Source: Callorhinchus milii (lineage: Eukaryota). Taken from it: a stretch of DNA of 64,000 nt. The position numbers and the translations under genes were made by a program. Each line of letters opens with the position of its first letter. Position 1 is the first letter of the stretch. The stretch spans positions 81,780,001 through 81,844,000 of the forward strand of contig NW_024704742.1 of assembly GCF_018977255.1 (NCBI RefSeq). The letters run 5' to 3'. Under the pieces are notes generated by a model. That model ran no database searches. It saw only the letters and a program-made list of their open reading frames with translations, and was not told the DNA's origin. Below are positions 1 to 10,892 of the stretch, piece by piece.

Positions 1-924
1 AGGAGGAGACATTTTGAACGAGGGCTTCAGTGGTCATGGTGGAATAGAGACTAAAACTTTGAGGGCAAGGCTGAGGAGGTTTATTGAGTCATCTGACACC
101 TGAGGCAAATTCTCAGCCACATGACATGATGATGCAAATTCTACATAGTAGTCAGAAGGCTTGATGGTCCAAATGCTCCAAGGTTCCTCAGAGTCTGCAT
201 TATTTCTGTCTAACCTCAATACATTTCTGTGAGATGAATAATTCAATCTTGGACGAAGACTAATTTTCTCCTCTGTTCTTCCCTTAAAACTGCCTCAGAC
301 ACTGCTTCCCAAATAGTATCTACACAAATGTTTTGTTGCTTGTTTAAATATCTATCCTCATTACTCATTTAACAGTGCAAGTACAAGCATTTTTATTATT
401 GTAAATTAATGCTCAGGAAGGAAATGAATCAGTGAGTGTATCTCTGTTACTGGCGGTTGGTAGTAAGACCTCACAATGGCACTGGTGAAACATTGTTATG
501 TTCCCACTAATATTTAAAATGTCACTGAAATTATGAAGCTTGAAACTGAAACTTGCAACACAAGCCATTAACATGCATGGCTGCTGGAGTTCTATCTGCT
601 AAACGTTTTAGTGGGATTTTTAAAAAATATAGACAAAATCTTTCAGGGAGATGAAGACATATTTCTGGTAGTCCAAACTACAATGACATTAATTTATCAA
701 TAATATAAATTACATATATTTGAGTTATACAGTTACATCGGTATGCAATATGTTACAATATATTGTAAGTCATACTGTATAATATACCCCATAAACAGTA
801 GGTTACGTCAGTATACGGCATGTCACCTTAGTATACTTGTTTGATGCATAATCATTGATTGGGTGAAATTTTAAAAGGCAAGGGATGCTGCTAATAAGTG
901 ACAATGTCAAGACAGACAATCTCT

Positions 925-1445
925 TGCCAGCCTTCTAAGGTGATGGGGCTGAGACAAGTGGACTTTATATTTCTTTGGATATCTGAGTATCTTACACATA
1001 TAGAAACCCATCTCCATGCTTACTTAATTCAGGGGAGTATGAGGCACAAGGCTTGGGGACTGCAGAATGCGTGTTGGATAATGCTGGACTCTAACCAGCT
1101 AAAACCACATAGCTTGCCATAGAAAGCACTGTCTGGCAAGCTTTCCACTGCTTATCCAATTAGAACAAGCCTAACCATTATGGCTTTGGTTTGTAGGATT
1201 AACAGTATCTGATTGGGAAGAATCCCTGTGCTCAGTGACTGGTCTGCCTCTCCAGGTTCTGTCAATGAGCCAGGCTGGCTGTACTATCATCATCAGTGTC
1301 CTGGAATACTGCGGACCGGCCAGGTTCAGGAACCAGATTACTCAGACCGCCATAGAGGGCTCGATTCCAATATTCCATTGCCAAACATGTCACATTGGAG
1401 TTCCTAATTTACTTCCTGTTGCCAATGAGGAGAGTCATGGCTATG
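925..1445 (+). repeat. Unclassified dispersed repeat family, longest copy (orientation arbitrary)
   Basis: Aligns by eye to the reverse complement of 42880-43465 and to 21215-21465, 50485-50660, 7213-7290 and 59865-59970. Shared strings include gaaacccatc.ccatgctt, caaggcttggggac.gcag, aaccagc.aaaaccacatag and ggctttgg.ttgtagg.ttaa. Confidence 0.8.
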
Positions 1446-1821
1446 GGGGTCAATCACCTATCTTTTATCTAACGTGTAGTACAATGTGATGCTGTCTACA
1501 TTTGCAGGTTAGTATGTAGCTGCATATAGTGACAGAGATTTGTCTTAATCAAACCAATTGTGGTTAGCCTACAATGATGCTTGTGATTGTTTCTTCCTTG
1601 TTTCCATAGTCAATATTTAAGCAGCTCAGGCTAGGATATCCATGACTCACATTGGCTGCTTCAACGGCATGTCAGTGTTATGACAATTGCTGTTCAAACA
1701 ATGAACAACACAGCCACAAGTTTGAGATATAAAAAGGACTAAAGTGGGGAGAATTTGATTATAAGTTGTTGTAAGTAAGCACATAAGTATCCAATGAAAA
1801 ACATGTGTTTTCACTATTAAT

Positions 1822-2162
1822 AACAGTAATTCTTGTATTTGTTATAACATCTTTCACATCAGGAAGACATTGCCAAGCACTTCAGAGGATTCAATGTGAA
1901 ATGGAGTGATTGTATAATTTTGTAGGTAAACCCTGCAATCAATTTGTGTGCACAAATAGCTATGAAGTGAGTAACCAATTATATTTGGGGGATTGTTGGC
2001 CAGGACATCGAGAGAAATTCTTTTTCTTTAGAAACAGTTCTGTGGGATCTTCAATGTCCACCTGAACACTCCTGGGATCTTGGTTTAACATCTCATTCAA
2101 TCGATGTCACCTTCAAAAAAGTAGCACTTTGCCAGCACTGGACTGGAGTGTCAGTCTGGACC
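1822..2162 (-). mobile_element. Old Deu-domain tRNA-SINE remnant
   Basis: Minus strand carries Deu-like blocks (caggtggacattgaagatccca; gtcctggccaacaatcccc) and a SINE-type tail. Confidence 0.75.
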
Positions 2163-3049
2163 TGTGGATATATTTTTAAAGAGTATTTGATGTGAGATAG
2201 GGGTAGAGGTAGGTGTTATGGCTGAAGTGAAAAAAATCAATCTTGATCAGAGATCGGGGATGTGAGGGAGAAAGGAGAGCTGAGGTTTGAACCAGATGCC
2301 AAGGTTGGATCATTCACAAAGGTCGATTCATGGAAAATAAATCAAGCACCAGTTTTAATCCTTATCACCACAACCATCAATGAATTCCCAATTATCAACA
2401 ATAGACTTTAACTTTCAAATCCTTCAGCCTTTGGACATAATAAAATTAAATATTTATGTTTGGCTACAGTGTTCTCTGGAGTAAACAGCTTCAATGCTTT
2501 TGTAATAATATTTTATTCAATCTTCTTGGTAGGCAAAAGCTAACAGTACAGAGATGAATAAATTGATTCAAGTACATTGAAGGTCAAGCAGATTGTTTCT
2601 TGCAGCCGTGTCTTTCAACTAAAAACAAAATCAGTTCATGATGCCTCTGTATATTTGATATATTTTCAGATGTTAAGGTGCTCTCAGGTATTACAAGGTA
2701 GTAACACAATACAATTTTGAGAAGTAAGATATAATGAATCAGAAGGTGCATTTGTTTATGAGGGAGACATAGAGATTGTGATAACAGAGAGCAAAGAAAG
2801 AGGCCAGGACACCCGAAATGCCATTCAGTCTGAGGCTGTAACAACATTTTGTTTAAAATTGAAGATCATGCAAAATTGTGGAAAATTCCGTAATTCTGTT
2901 TGAATTTCAAAATTTCAAGATGACTGTGTTAACTCCCTACTTGCCAGACTTCCCAACTCTTCCCTCCACAAGCTGCAGATTATTCAGAACTCATATCCTC
3001 ACCCTCAACAAGTTCCAGGAGCTGATCACTGCCAACCTCACCCGATAAA

Positions 3050-3475
3050 GTGGTTGACCTATGAGGATAGGTTGAGTAAACTAGGCCTATATTCTCTAGA
3101 ATTTAGAAGAATTAAGAGTCATTCTTATGGGGCTTGACAGAGTAGACAGTGCAAGACTATTTACCCTGGTAGGAGAATCTGGAACTAGGGATCAAAGTCT
3201 TAAGATTTTTGAACAGAGTTGAGGAAACACTTCTTCACTCAGAGGGTAGTGAATTTATGGAATTCGCTACCCCAGAAGGCTGTAGATGCTCAGTCCTTGA
3301 ACATATTCAAGACTGACATTGATAGATTTCTAAAATATAGAAGGATTAAGGGATATGGGGATAGGGCAGGCAGATGGAGTTTGGTTAGAAGATCAGTCAT
3401 GATCTTATTAAATGGAGGGGAAGGCTCGAGGGTCTGAAGGCCTACTCCTGCTCCTAATTCCTATGTTCCTATGAT
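3050..3475 (+). mobile_element. CR1 LINE 3' fragment, (TTCCTATG)n tail type
   Basis: ORF 3219-3437 RKHFFTQRVVNLWNSLP...IKGYG is a typical CR1 ORF2 C-terminus; ends ttcctatgttcctatg. Confidence 0.92.
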
Positions 3476-5069
3476 TTTTCATGACTGAACAGATGTAATT
3501 GCAAGAAAACACCCAAGCGTCTTCTGTATGATTAATACCCCAAATGCCTCTCGAGTGGTTCTTCCTGGAAGATGAAGCATGATGAGGATTGTTCAGTGCA
3601 GTCACTTTAAGTGACCGAGTACAGAAACTGCTGGTTGAGATGTTTAGTGGCAAGTGAGCCACTTAATGTGAAATAACCACCCAAACTGCTAAATAATCTG
3701 CTGTAACATTGAACCATTTAATCTCACATTCTCCTGTTGAAGCGTTGGGAGAGGCATCAGAAGCGAATACGAAAAATCAAGGGAGGAATACAAAACATTG
3801 GGAAGAGGCATGTAAGATGTTTCATGTCATGAAGGCTGAGGAGAGATTTATGACGCGAAAGGTGCTATACAAATGTAATCTTGTTGTTGTTAATTAGTTT
3901 TATAAAACCTCAGATTCCTTTATTAATTCATGAATAGTATTGGTTAATTGTTGGCTAATTTAAACAAAGTTAGCAAACTTTATACCCTGGAAATAAAATC
4001 AATAACAAGGAACCATCTCAAAGTAAAAGAGGAACAGTAGCAAGGGCATCAGCTGAAATGATACATTATAGATTTTTTTAATTAAAAAAATCTTTAATAA
4101 ATGATGGGTATTTTTGCTATGACTACAGGGATGGTAAATTAACCAATTACACTACTTGGTTAAATTATGTGATTTGCACATCTCAGGTTGACTCCATAAT
4201 GATTGTTTTCAGCAGCTACTATCTGGTACTTAGGAAGATGCCATGGGATGGCTGTGGTTTTCAGAGACTGCTGGCTGCAGGATTATCACTGACTTCCATT
4301 AGAATATGATGCTCAAGAAAGAAAGATCTGTTGCGTGAATGAGCGAAGTGAATTCTAAATGATTAATAGTGGCATCAGAGAGAAGTGGAGGCATGTGAGT
4401 CAATCATAAAGATTTGCATAGGAGCTCCAGCAACATTTTGGAAGGTTAATGAAAGCTGACAGCTGGGGACTGTGCAAGCCAGATCTTCATTACAGTGTGT
4501 GAACAGACGATGCGCACAAGCAGTCTTTTTACAACTTTGCTAGGTGTAAATAAGATAATTAAATTGAGAGTGCCCAAATGTCTGGCTAACCATCTTATTC
4601 GCTCTCATTACAGATGGACAGAGACAACATTAATTATACAGAACAGCAAAAAAAGCTCTTTGAACTTTATATTAAAAGAATTAACGGTAATATGTTAGGC
4701 ATTTTGGGACAGGAAAGAATATATTAAGTTCTACCAGTTTTCTTTGTAAGGTTGGGTGGTATAGCAACTTGGAGCAACGATGGGTAATTTTAAACTATGT
4801 TTTTTGGGTGCCTTCGCCTACAAAACACACAGTCAAAGCCACTTTACAATATATGCTGTGAAACGCCTTGAGATGTCTCGATGACGTGATAATGCGCCAT
4901 ATCAAATGCAAGGATTATTATCATTATTATCATCAATAATCAGGGACCATAACTTTGAGGTAGGCTCCAGTGGCTGCAGAGAGCTTTGAAATTGTAATGA
5001 GATTCCTTTTCCTTGATGTATGCCAAATCGAAGTGCGAATAGTCCCACTTTTTTTGTGCCCACACTCAC

Positions 5070-5198
5070 ACCTCCCACTGGATTCCTCCCACTTTCTAGA
5101 GATAGACAGCACTTGCCACAGCCATCTGGGGCATGATGCTTTACAGGAACAGGATGATTCAAAAAGTCTTGCTTTATTGCAGCTGATAGAATTTGTAA
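5070..5198 (-). other. Weak candidate exon (129 nt, or 113 nt from an alternative CAG acceptor at 5182)
   Basis: Minus strand: tttaccctactttttcctgag acceptor and GGT|gtgagt donor; frame open (LQILSAAIKQDFLNHPVPVKHHAPDGCGKCCLSLESGRNPVGG), but no protein recognised. Confidence 0.25.
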
Positions 5199-5460
5199 CT
5201 CAGGAAAAAGTAGGGTAAATGTGATGCCATTGTCTAAGTGTGTCACAAGTTCCTATTTTGAGCCATTTATTACTGACTGTTGTCTTTTCTACATGTTTCT
5301 AAGCATCAAAAAAAGAACTAATTCATATTATGACCCATCATTTTCATTAACCAATCATTAAGGTAAAGCCCCAAATGTAGTAAATCTATCCAAGTGCACA
5401 GAATTAGCACTGCTCCAGATATGTTAGCCAATATATACACATATATATTATATATATGCA

Positions 5461-6000
5461 CACGCCCTGCTTGTCGGCCTTCCCAACTCCTCCCTCCACA
5501 GGCTGCAGATAATCCAGAACTCTGCAGCCCGTATCCTCTCCCGCACCAAACTCGGTGACCCCATCTCCCCCACTCTCGCCCGACTCCACTGGCTCCCTAT
5601 CCTTTAGAGGATCCAGTTCAAGATCCTGGTCCTCATATACAAAGCCCTCTATGGCCTCGCCCCACCCTACCTCTGCGATCTCCTAACCCTCTACCAATCC
5701 GCCAGTTCCCTCCGCTCAGCCGGCTCCGGCCTGCTCCACGTCCCCCGCCCCACCATTGGTGGGAGAGCCTTCAGCCACTCTGTCCCCAACCTCTGGAATT
5801 CCATCCCCCGGTCACTCTGCCTCACACCCTCCTTAGCCTCCTTCAAGTCCCGCCTCAAGACCCTCCTCTTCGACCATGCCATCGGCCATCGGCCCCCTCC
5901 CCTCCTGACCCAGCTCACGTCTGAAATGCTATACTCTGTCCAGTGCCTTGAGACGTCCTCCCGACGTGAAAAGCGCTATACAAATGTAATCTTGTTGTTG
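5461..6000 (+). mobile_element. L2 LINE 3' fragment (tail type A)
   Basis: Encodes LQIIQNSAARIL...LHWLP-like ORF2 C-terminus; ends gacgtcctcccgacgtgaaaagcgctatacaaatgtaatc(ttg)n. Confidence 0.92.
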
Positions 6001-6189
6001 TATGTATGCATATATATATAATATAGGGATATATATATATATATAGAGTGTCAGGAGACAGCACAATGGATTTAGGACAAAGTGCTGAGCATTGTTTAAA
6101 GTGTCACAGTGAAATTGATCACTCAGAAGTCCAGACACATCGGAGGTTCAACAGCAGCAATTTTGATTGCTATTAAGAAACTCAGGTAA

Positions 6190-6505
6190 AGTCCTGTAGC
6201 TCAGTGGTTAGAGCACTCGCTTTGCAAGTGAGAGACCTGAGTTCAATTCCAGGCAGGTCAGGGCGAAACCTTGGGCAAGTTTCCTTACTCCACTAATAAT
6301 AATCCCTCCAAAAACCCCAAACAATAATAAACTGGTCAATTTCCAATCTACGACTGTTTGTGGGACACTGCTGTGCGCAATTGGCTGCCGCGTTCGCCCA
6401 CAAATATACAGTCAATTCACTTTACAGTATATTCTGTGAAGCGCTTTGGGACGTCCTCCCGACGTGAAAAGCGCTATATCAAATGCAAGGATTATTATTA
6501 TTATT
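6190..6505 (+). mobile_element. Young tRNA-Ala-derived SINE, short subfamily, full length
   Basis: A box tagctcagtggt, TGC anticodon arm, B box gttcaattcc, ccttgggcaagt segment, Deu 3' half, (att)n tail; flanked by taaagt (6187-6192 and 6505-6510). Confidence 0.93.
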
Positions 6506-7212
6506 AAAGTGCACAACAATTTAATGTACGCTCTGGTGATAAGTGCCCTCAATGTGTCAAGAGCAGGGGGACAAATTTCCAATAAGATTCTCTGGTAAAG
6601 GGAGAGAAGGGTCCATAGATTGATACATATTTTCTGATCCAGTCACTAACCACGTATGATCCATTTCAATGGAGCCATTTTCTGAAAGATTTATACTCAA
6701 GGCCCATCTCCTTGGAGCTCCACCTGATGCAACCTGTGGATTTAACTAACATGACAGCTTGATAGGTGCATAGACAGGTCCAGTCTGGTCATAAGTATTG
6801 AGCCTGATAGGTAGCGATGGTCCAGATCGAGTGAAATGCTCATCATTATTTGACAGAGCAGTAAACTCCCAATACATTTGTGCTTTAAGACATGCTCAGG
6901 AAACATGGAACATGGAACACTCTTCCTATACTTATTAAATATATAAATAAACTTATTAAATTATATAATTTACAGTGTATTATCCTGCTTTCAGTATATC
7001 TTCCTATACTTCACTATTATTATTATTTATTATTACTATTTATTATCAATTATTGTTATTTTGTGTCTTGCCCACAAAATATACCGTTAATTCACTTTAC
7101 AGTATATATTCTATGAAGCGCTTTGAGACGTCTTGAAGATGTGATAAGGTGCTGCATCAAGTGCAGGGATTATTATTCACAACACCTTTAGGCTCCCTAT
7201 GAGATCCACATT

Positions 7213-7290
7213 GTCAGGTCAGCTGGGTGTCTGACACATGTAGAAACCTATCACCATGCTGAAGAGTATTCAAACCAAGCTTCTGAGTGC
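7213..7290 (+). repeat. Unclassified repeat family fragment
   Basis: agctgggtgtctgacacatg...gaaacctatcaccatgctgaagagtattcaaaccaagct matches 21225-21285. Confidence 0.8.
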
Positions 7291-7384
7291 CGAGTGCCTG
7301 TCCCGATGTTATATAGAGTGATGATATGGCACAGAAGCATTTGGCACAACTAGTTGCCCACAGAACACACAGTGACTCCAATTT

Positions 7385-7712
7385 GGAGTCCTGTAGGTCA
7401 GTGGTTAGAGCACTCGCTTTGCAAGCGAGAGACCTGAGTTCAATTCCAGGCACAGGGCGAAACCTTGGGCAAGTTTCCTTACTCCACACAGAGCCTAATA
7501 ATAATCCCTCCAAAAAAACAAAAACAATTATAAATTGGTCATTTTCAATCCACGACTGTTTGTGGGACATTGCTGTGCGCAATTGGCTGCCACGTTCGCC
7601 CACAAATATACAGTCAATTCACTTAACAGTGTGGTCTGTGAAGCGCTTTGGGACGTCCTCCCAACGTGAAAAGCGCTATATCAAATGCAAGGATTATCAT
7701 AGGATTATTATT
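7385..7712 (+). mobile_element. Young tRNA-Ala-derived SINE nested in an older SINE 3' end (7330-7384 and 7713-7785)
   Basis: Near-identical to 6190-6505; the older SINE tail resumes after it; attt on both sides. Confidence 0.92.
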
Positions 7713-7945
7713 TAAAGTGTATTATCCTGCTTTCAGGCATCCTCCTGACGTGAAAGATGCCATATACCAAATATAAGTATTATTATTTGTATTATTTTAG
7801 TTATATTAATTGTATTATTTATTATATTAAATATATTTATTTGATATTATTTTAAATTATATTATAAACTTATTTATTACTTTGTCCAGGTTAGTGCTCT
7901 GCAGTTCTTCCAAAGATCGTCATTTCAGCTCATACAGGAACTTAC

Positions 7946-8224
7946 TCTATATTGGAATCCATGTATCATTTTTCAGACAGCTATCTTGCACAGGCAAGAG
8001 TCTTCCCATTCGCAAATCATGTCATAGCAATTGATTTTACTTAAAGCTGAAGAGCTCTTTAATATCTTCAAAATGATAATCATATTTGATGTTAGTTCTG
8101 GATAAGACATCATTTCTGACCAGTGGTTTGAGGTGATTGGGATCTTATACATTGCTTGCTTAATGTGGCTTTGTCGGTTATCTAAGACTTCAATTTCCTG
8201 GATGTTTTCAAAAAGGGATCGCAC
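7946..8224 (-). other. Candidate spliced exon, 279 nt (5'-UTR or first coding exon of an unidentified gene)
   Basis: Minus strand: strong acceptor tttttattcctctcccag|G and donor AGA|gtaagt in non-repeat sequence; 83-codon frame, then TGA-AAA-ATG. Confidence 0.55.
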
Positions 8225-9171
8225 CTGGGAGAGGAATAAAAAATGAACATATTCATGTACTTTAAAGCATGTTCACTGTTGATTAATTCTACGTTGCGAT
8301 AGGATTATCTTATGGCTGTGATATAAAATGGCATCCCTGAAAGATATTACTGGCTTTATGTAATGGGTCTCCCACAGATCTCAGAAAAGGGATTGCACTT
8401 CTTTGCACCAAATTGATGCTGTTCCTTAACTCTCATTCCTTGTGCATTAGAACAAGGAAAGAATATTATGGACCATTGCAGCTGTTATCCCGTATTTGGG
8501 TTTGGGTGGCTTTCAAATGGAAATTAGACAGAACTGGATTATAAAGAATTCAATGGCTGCATTTCTTGCATACGCTAAGATAACTACACATGATTAATGT
8601 AGGAAATGGGATTTATGGCAATTATACATTTAACTCATCCGTTACCAGAATGTTGAAGGGTGATACCAGCTAATGTTTATTGAGTTGTGCATTAACTGGG
8701 AAGTAGAGATTTATGCTTATGTAATCCTTTTATTTAAATATAGTATTCTCCGAAGTTTTTGCAATTTGCCTCATCACTAAACCCGTAGTTATTTGGTTTT
8801 GGTGTGAACTTCTGTTTGTACAATGCCTACCAAGGAGAAAATTGTCGTGGGTCAGCCTGCCCTCTTAATCCAAAGAGATGTTTAACTATAATGGCCTTAA
8901 ACAATGTTTAACTGCAATGGCACTGAATAAGACGATGTAAACAAAACAAACAAGATAACTGCAGGGAAAATATGCAGGACCTAATAAAAGGCCAGGCTTT
9001 AGCATTGGCGATAAAATATACAGTTTCATGTCCCATACTGCATTTCAAAAGAGAAAAAGGCAACTGTTGTCCAGTAGTTCCTACAGAAGATGTGTATATT
9101 AGATTAAATTAATGACTGAAACTTAACTACCGATGATGTTTTAATAGCCTTGCAAATTATGAATGACATGT

Positions 9172-10045
9172 GTCAGCCTGGCTTAATTGGTAGTGCACAG
9201 TTTCTAATTCAGGAGGTTGTGGGTTCATTCCCTTTGTTGGGACTTTGAACTAATAGTTTAGGTTGACATTCCAATTCAGTGTTGGGGATGTGCTGCAATG
9301 TCAGAGGTAACGTCCTTCAGCCACGTTCGAACAAGTTCTAGGATCAAATTTGTTATTCACTTCATGACTGTCTATGGGATATTGCTGTGTGCAGAACTAA
9401 CTGCTGCATTTGCCTACAAAAATACATATTGCTATACTTTACGGCATTCAGTTTTGGGCACCACATCGCAGGAAAGGTATATTGGCCCTGGAAGTGGTGT
9501 AGCACAGGTTCACCAGAATGTTACCAGGCCTTAAAGGGTTAAGTTACGAGGAAAGGCTGCGTAAACTTGGATTGTATTCCCTTGAGTTTAGAAGTTTGAG
9601 GGGTGATTTGATTGAGGTATTTAAGATGATACAGGGCTTTGATAGGGTAGATACAGAGAACCTATTTCCTCTGGTGGGGGAATCTAAAACATGTCTTAAA
9701 ATTAGAACTAGGCCATTTAAGAGTGAAATTGTGGAGCATTTTTTTCACTGAAAGCGTGGTAGAAATCTGTAATTCTCTTCCTCACAGGCTGTAAGTGCTG
9801 GATCTATCCACAACTTTGATAGATTTTTGGTAAATCAGGGTATTAAGGGATATGGAGAAAATGCATGAACTTGGAATTGACAGGATTAATTGAGCTACAG
9901 ATTAACCATGATCTAATTGAATGGCATAACAGGCTCAAAGGGCTGGATGGCCTACTCCTGTTCCTATGTTCAATGTTCCTATGTGCTTATGTTCCTATAT
10001 CCTTTAAAGCACTTTGAGAGGTCCACCTGAAAGGTGCTTTTCCAA
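9172..10045 (+). mobile_element. Old Deu-SINE (9172-9442 and 9999-10045) interrupted by a CR1 3' fragment (9443-9998)
   Basis: SINE head and body, then CR1 ORF 9518-9751 (LSYEERLRKLGLYSLE..LRGDLIEVFK) with a gttcctat tail, then the SINE tail resumes (aaagcactttgagagg...). Confidence 0.85.
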
Positions 10046-10519
10046 ATGGATTATTATTATTATTGATAGAAGACTACTATTTTTAAATCTATCCCTGTTT
10101 TGTTTCAATAATTTATTCCAATTCATGAAACTTTTGTTTTGATTAACAAGAGCATTACGATACACTCACACATATGCTGAGGTGGATGTTTAATCATCAC
10201 CTACAGGAATGTATGTAACATAATAGTTATGTCAGAAGATCTCTGAGATCTGCAAAATTATGCCAGGCCAGTGCTAACCTGTTGCCCTTCCTTTTCTTGT
10301 TACTCATTCTCATCATTTTGACAACCATAATCCAAAACGATTGGTAACACTGAAGTTATAGTAATTTGGTAGCTCAATCTATTCTGTTTCATACAGGAGA
10401 AATCACTGAAAAAGTAACATTATATAGAATTATTAGTAAGTCACTGAAATATGTCACATGTTGTACTAGTATCAAGCTATTATACATATTTAAGCTGTTG
10501 TGTTTCAGTAAAAATAAAT

Positions 10520-10892
10520 ATCTCTTGCATTTGATCTAAGGTCTTTCATATTGTCGAAACATCTCAACGTGCTACACAGGATATTACTGTAAAGTGTAGA
10601 GAATGTATTTTGTAGGTGACTGCAGCATTCAATTTGTACACAGGGATATCCCACAAACAGCCATGAAATGAATGATCAATTTTATCTGGATGAATTATTA
10701 GCCAGTACACTGGATGAAACTCCCGTTCTTTTCTAAAAAAGTGTTATGAAATATTTATCCACCTGAACAGTCAGTACTTTGTTTAACATCTTATCAGAAG
10801 GATCCCACCTAGACTGTGAATTTGAATTCCGAATGAAAGGCTTGAATCCACAATCTTGTGACTCAGAGGCAACACTGAGTCAGGCCGACACC
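10520..10892 (-). mobile_element. Old Deu-domain tRNA-SINE remnant
   Basis: Tail, Deu body and degenerate tRNA head (gtcggcctgactcag...gtggattcaagcc) on the minus strand. Confidence 0.72.

Noticed and set aside
34..246. 70-aa minus-strand ORF
   Set aside because: No recognisable product; it adjoins degraded L2-like sequence (ccactgaagccctcgt) at the window start.
6190..6265. tRNA-Ala(TGC) gene calls at SINE heads (also 7385, 14065, 25538, 56316)
   Set aside because: Each runs directly into a SINE body and tail, several have TSDs, and copies carry independent stem-breaking mutations.
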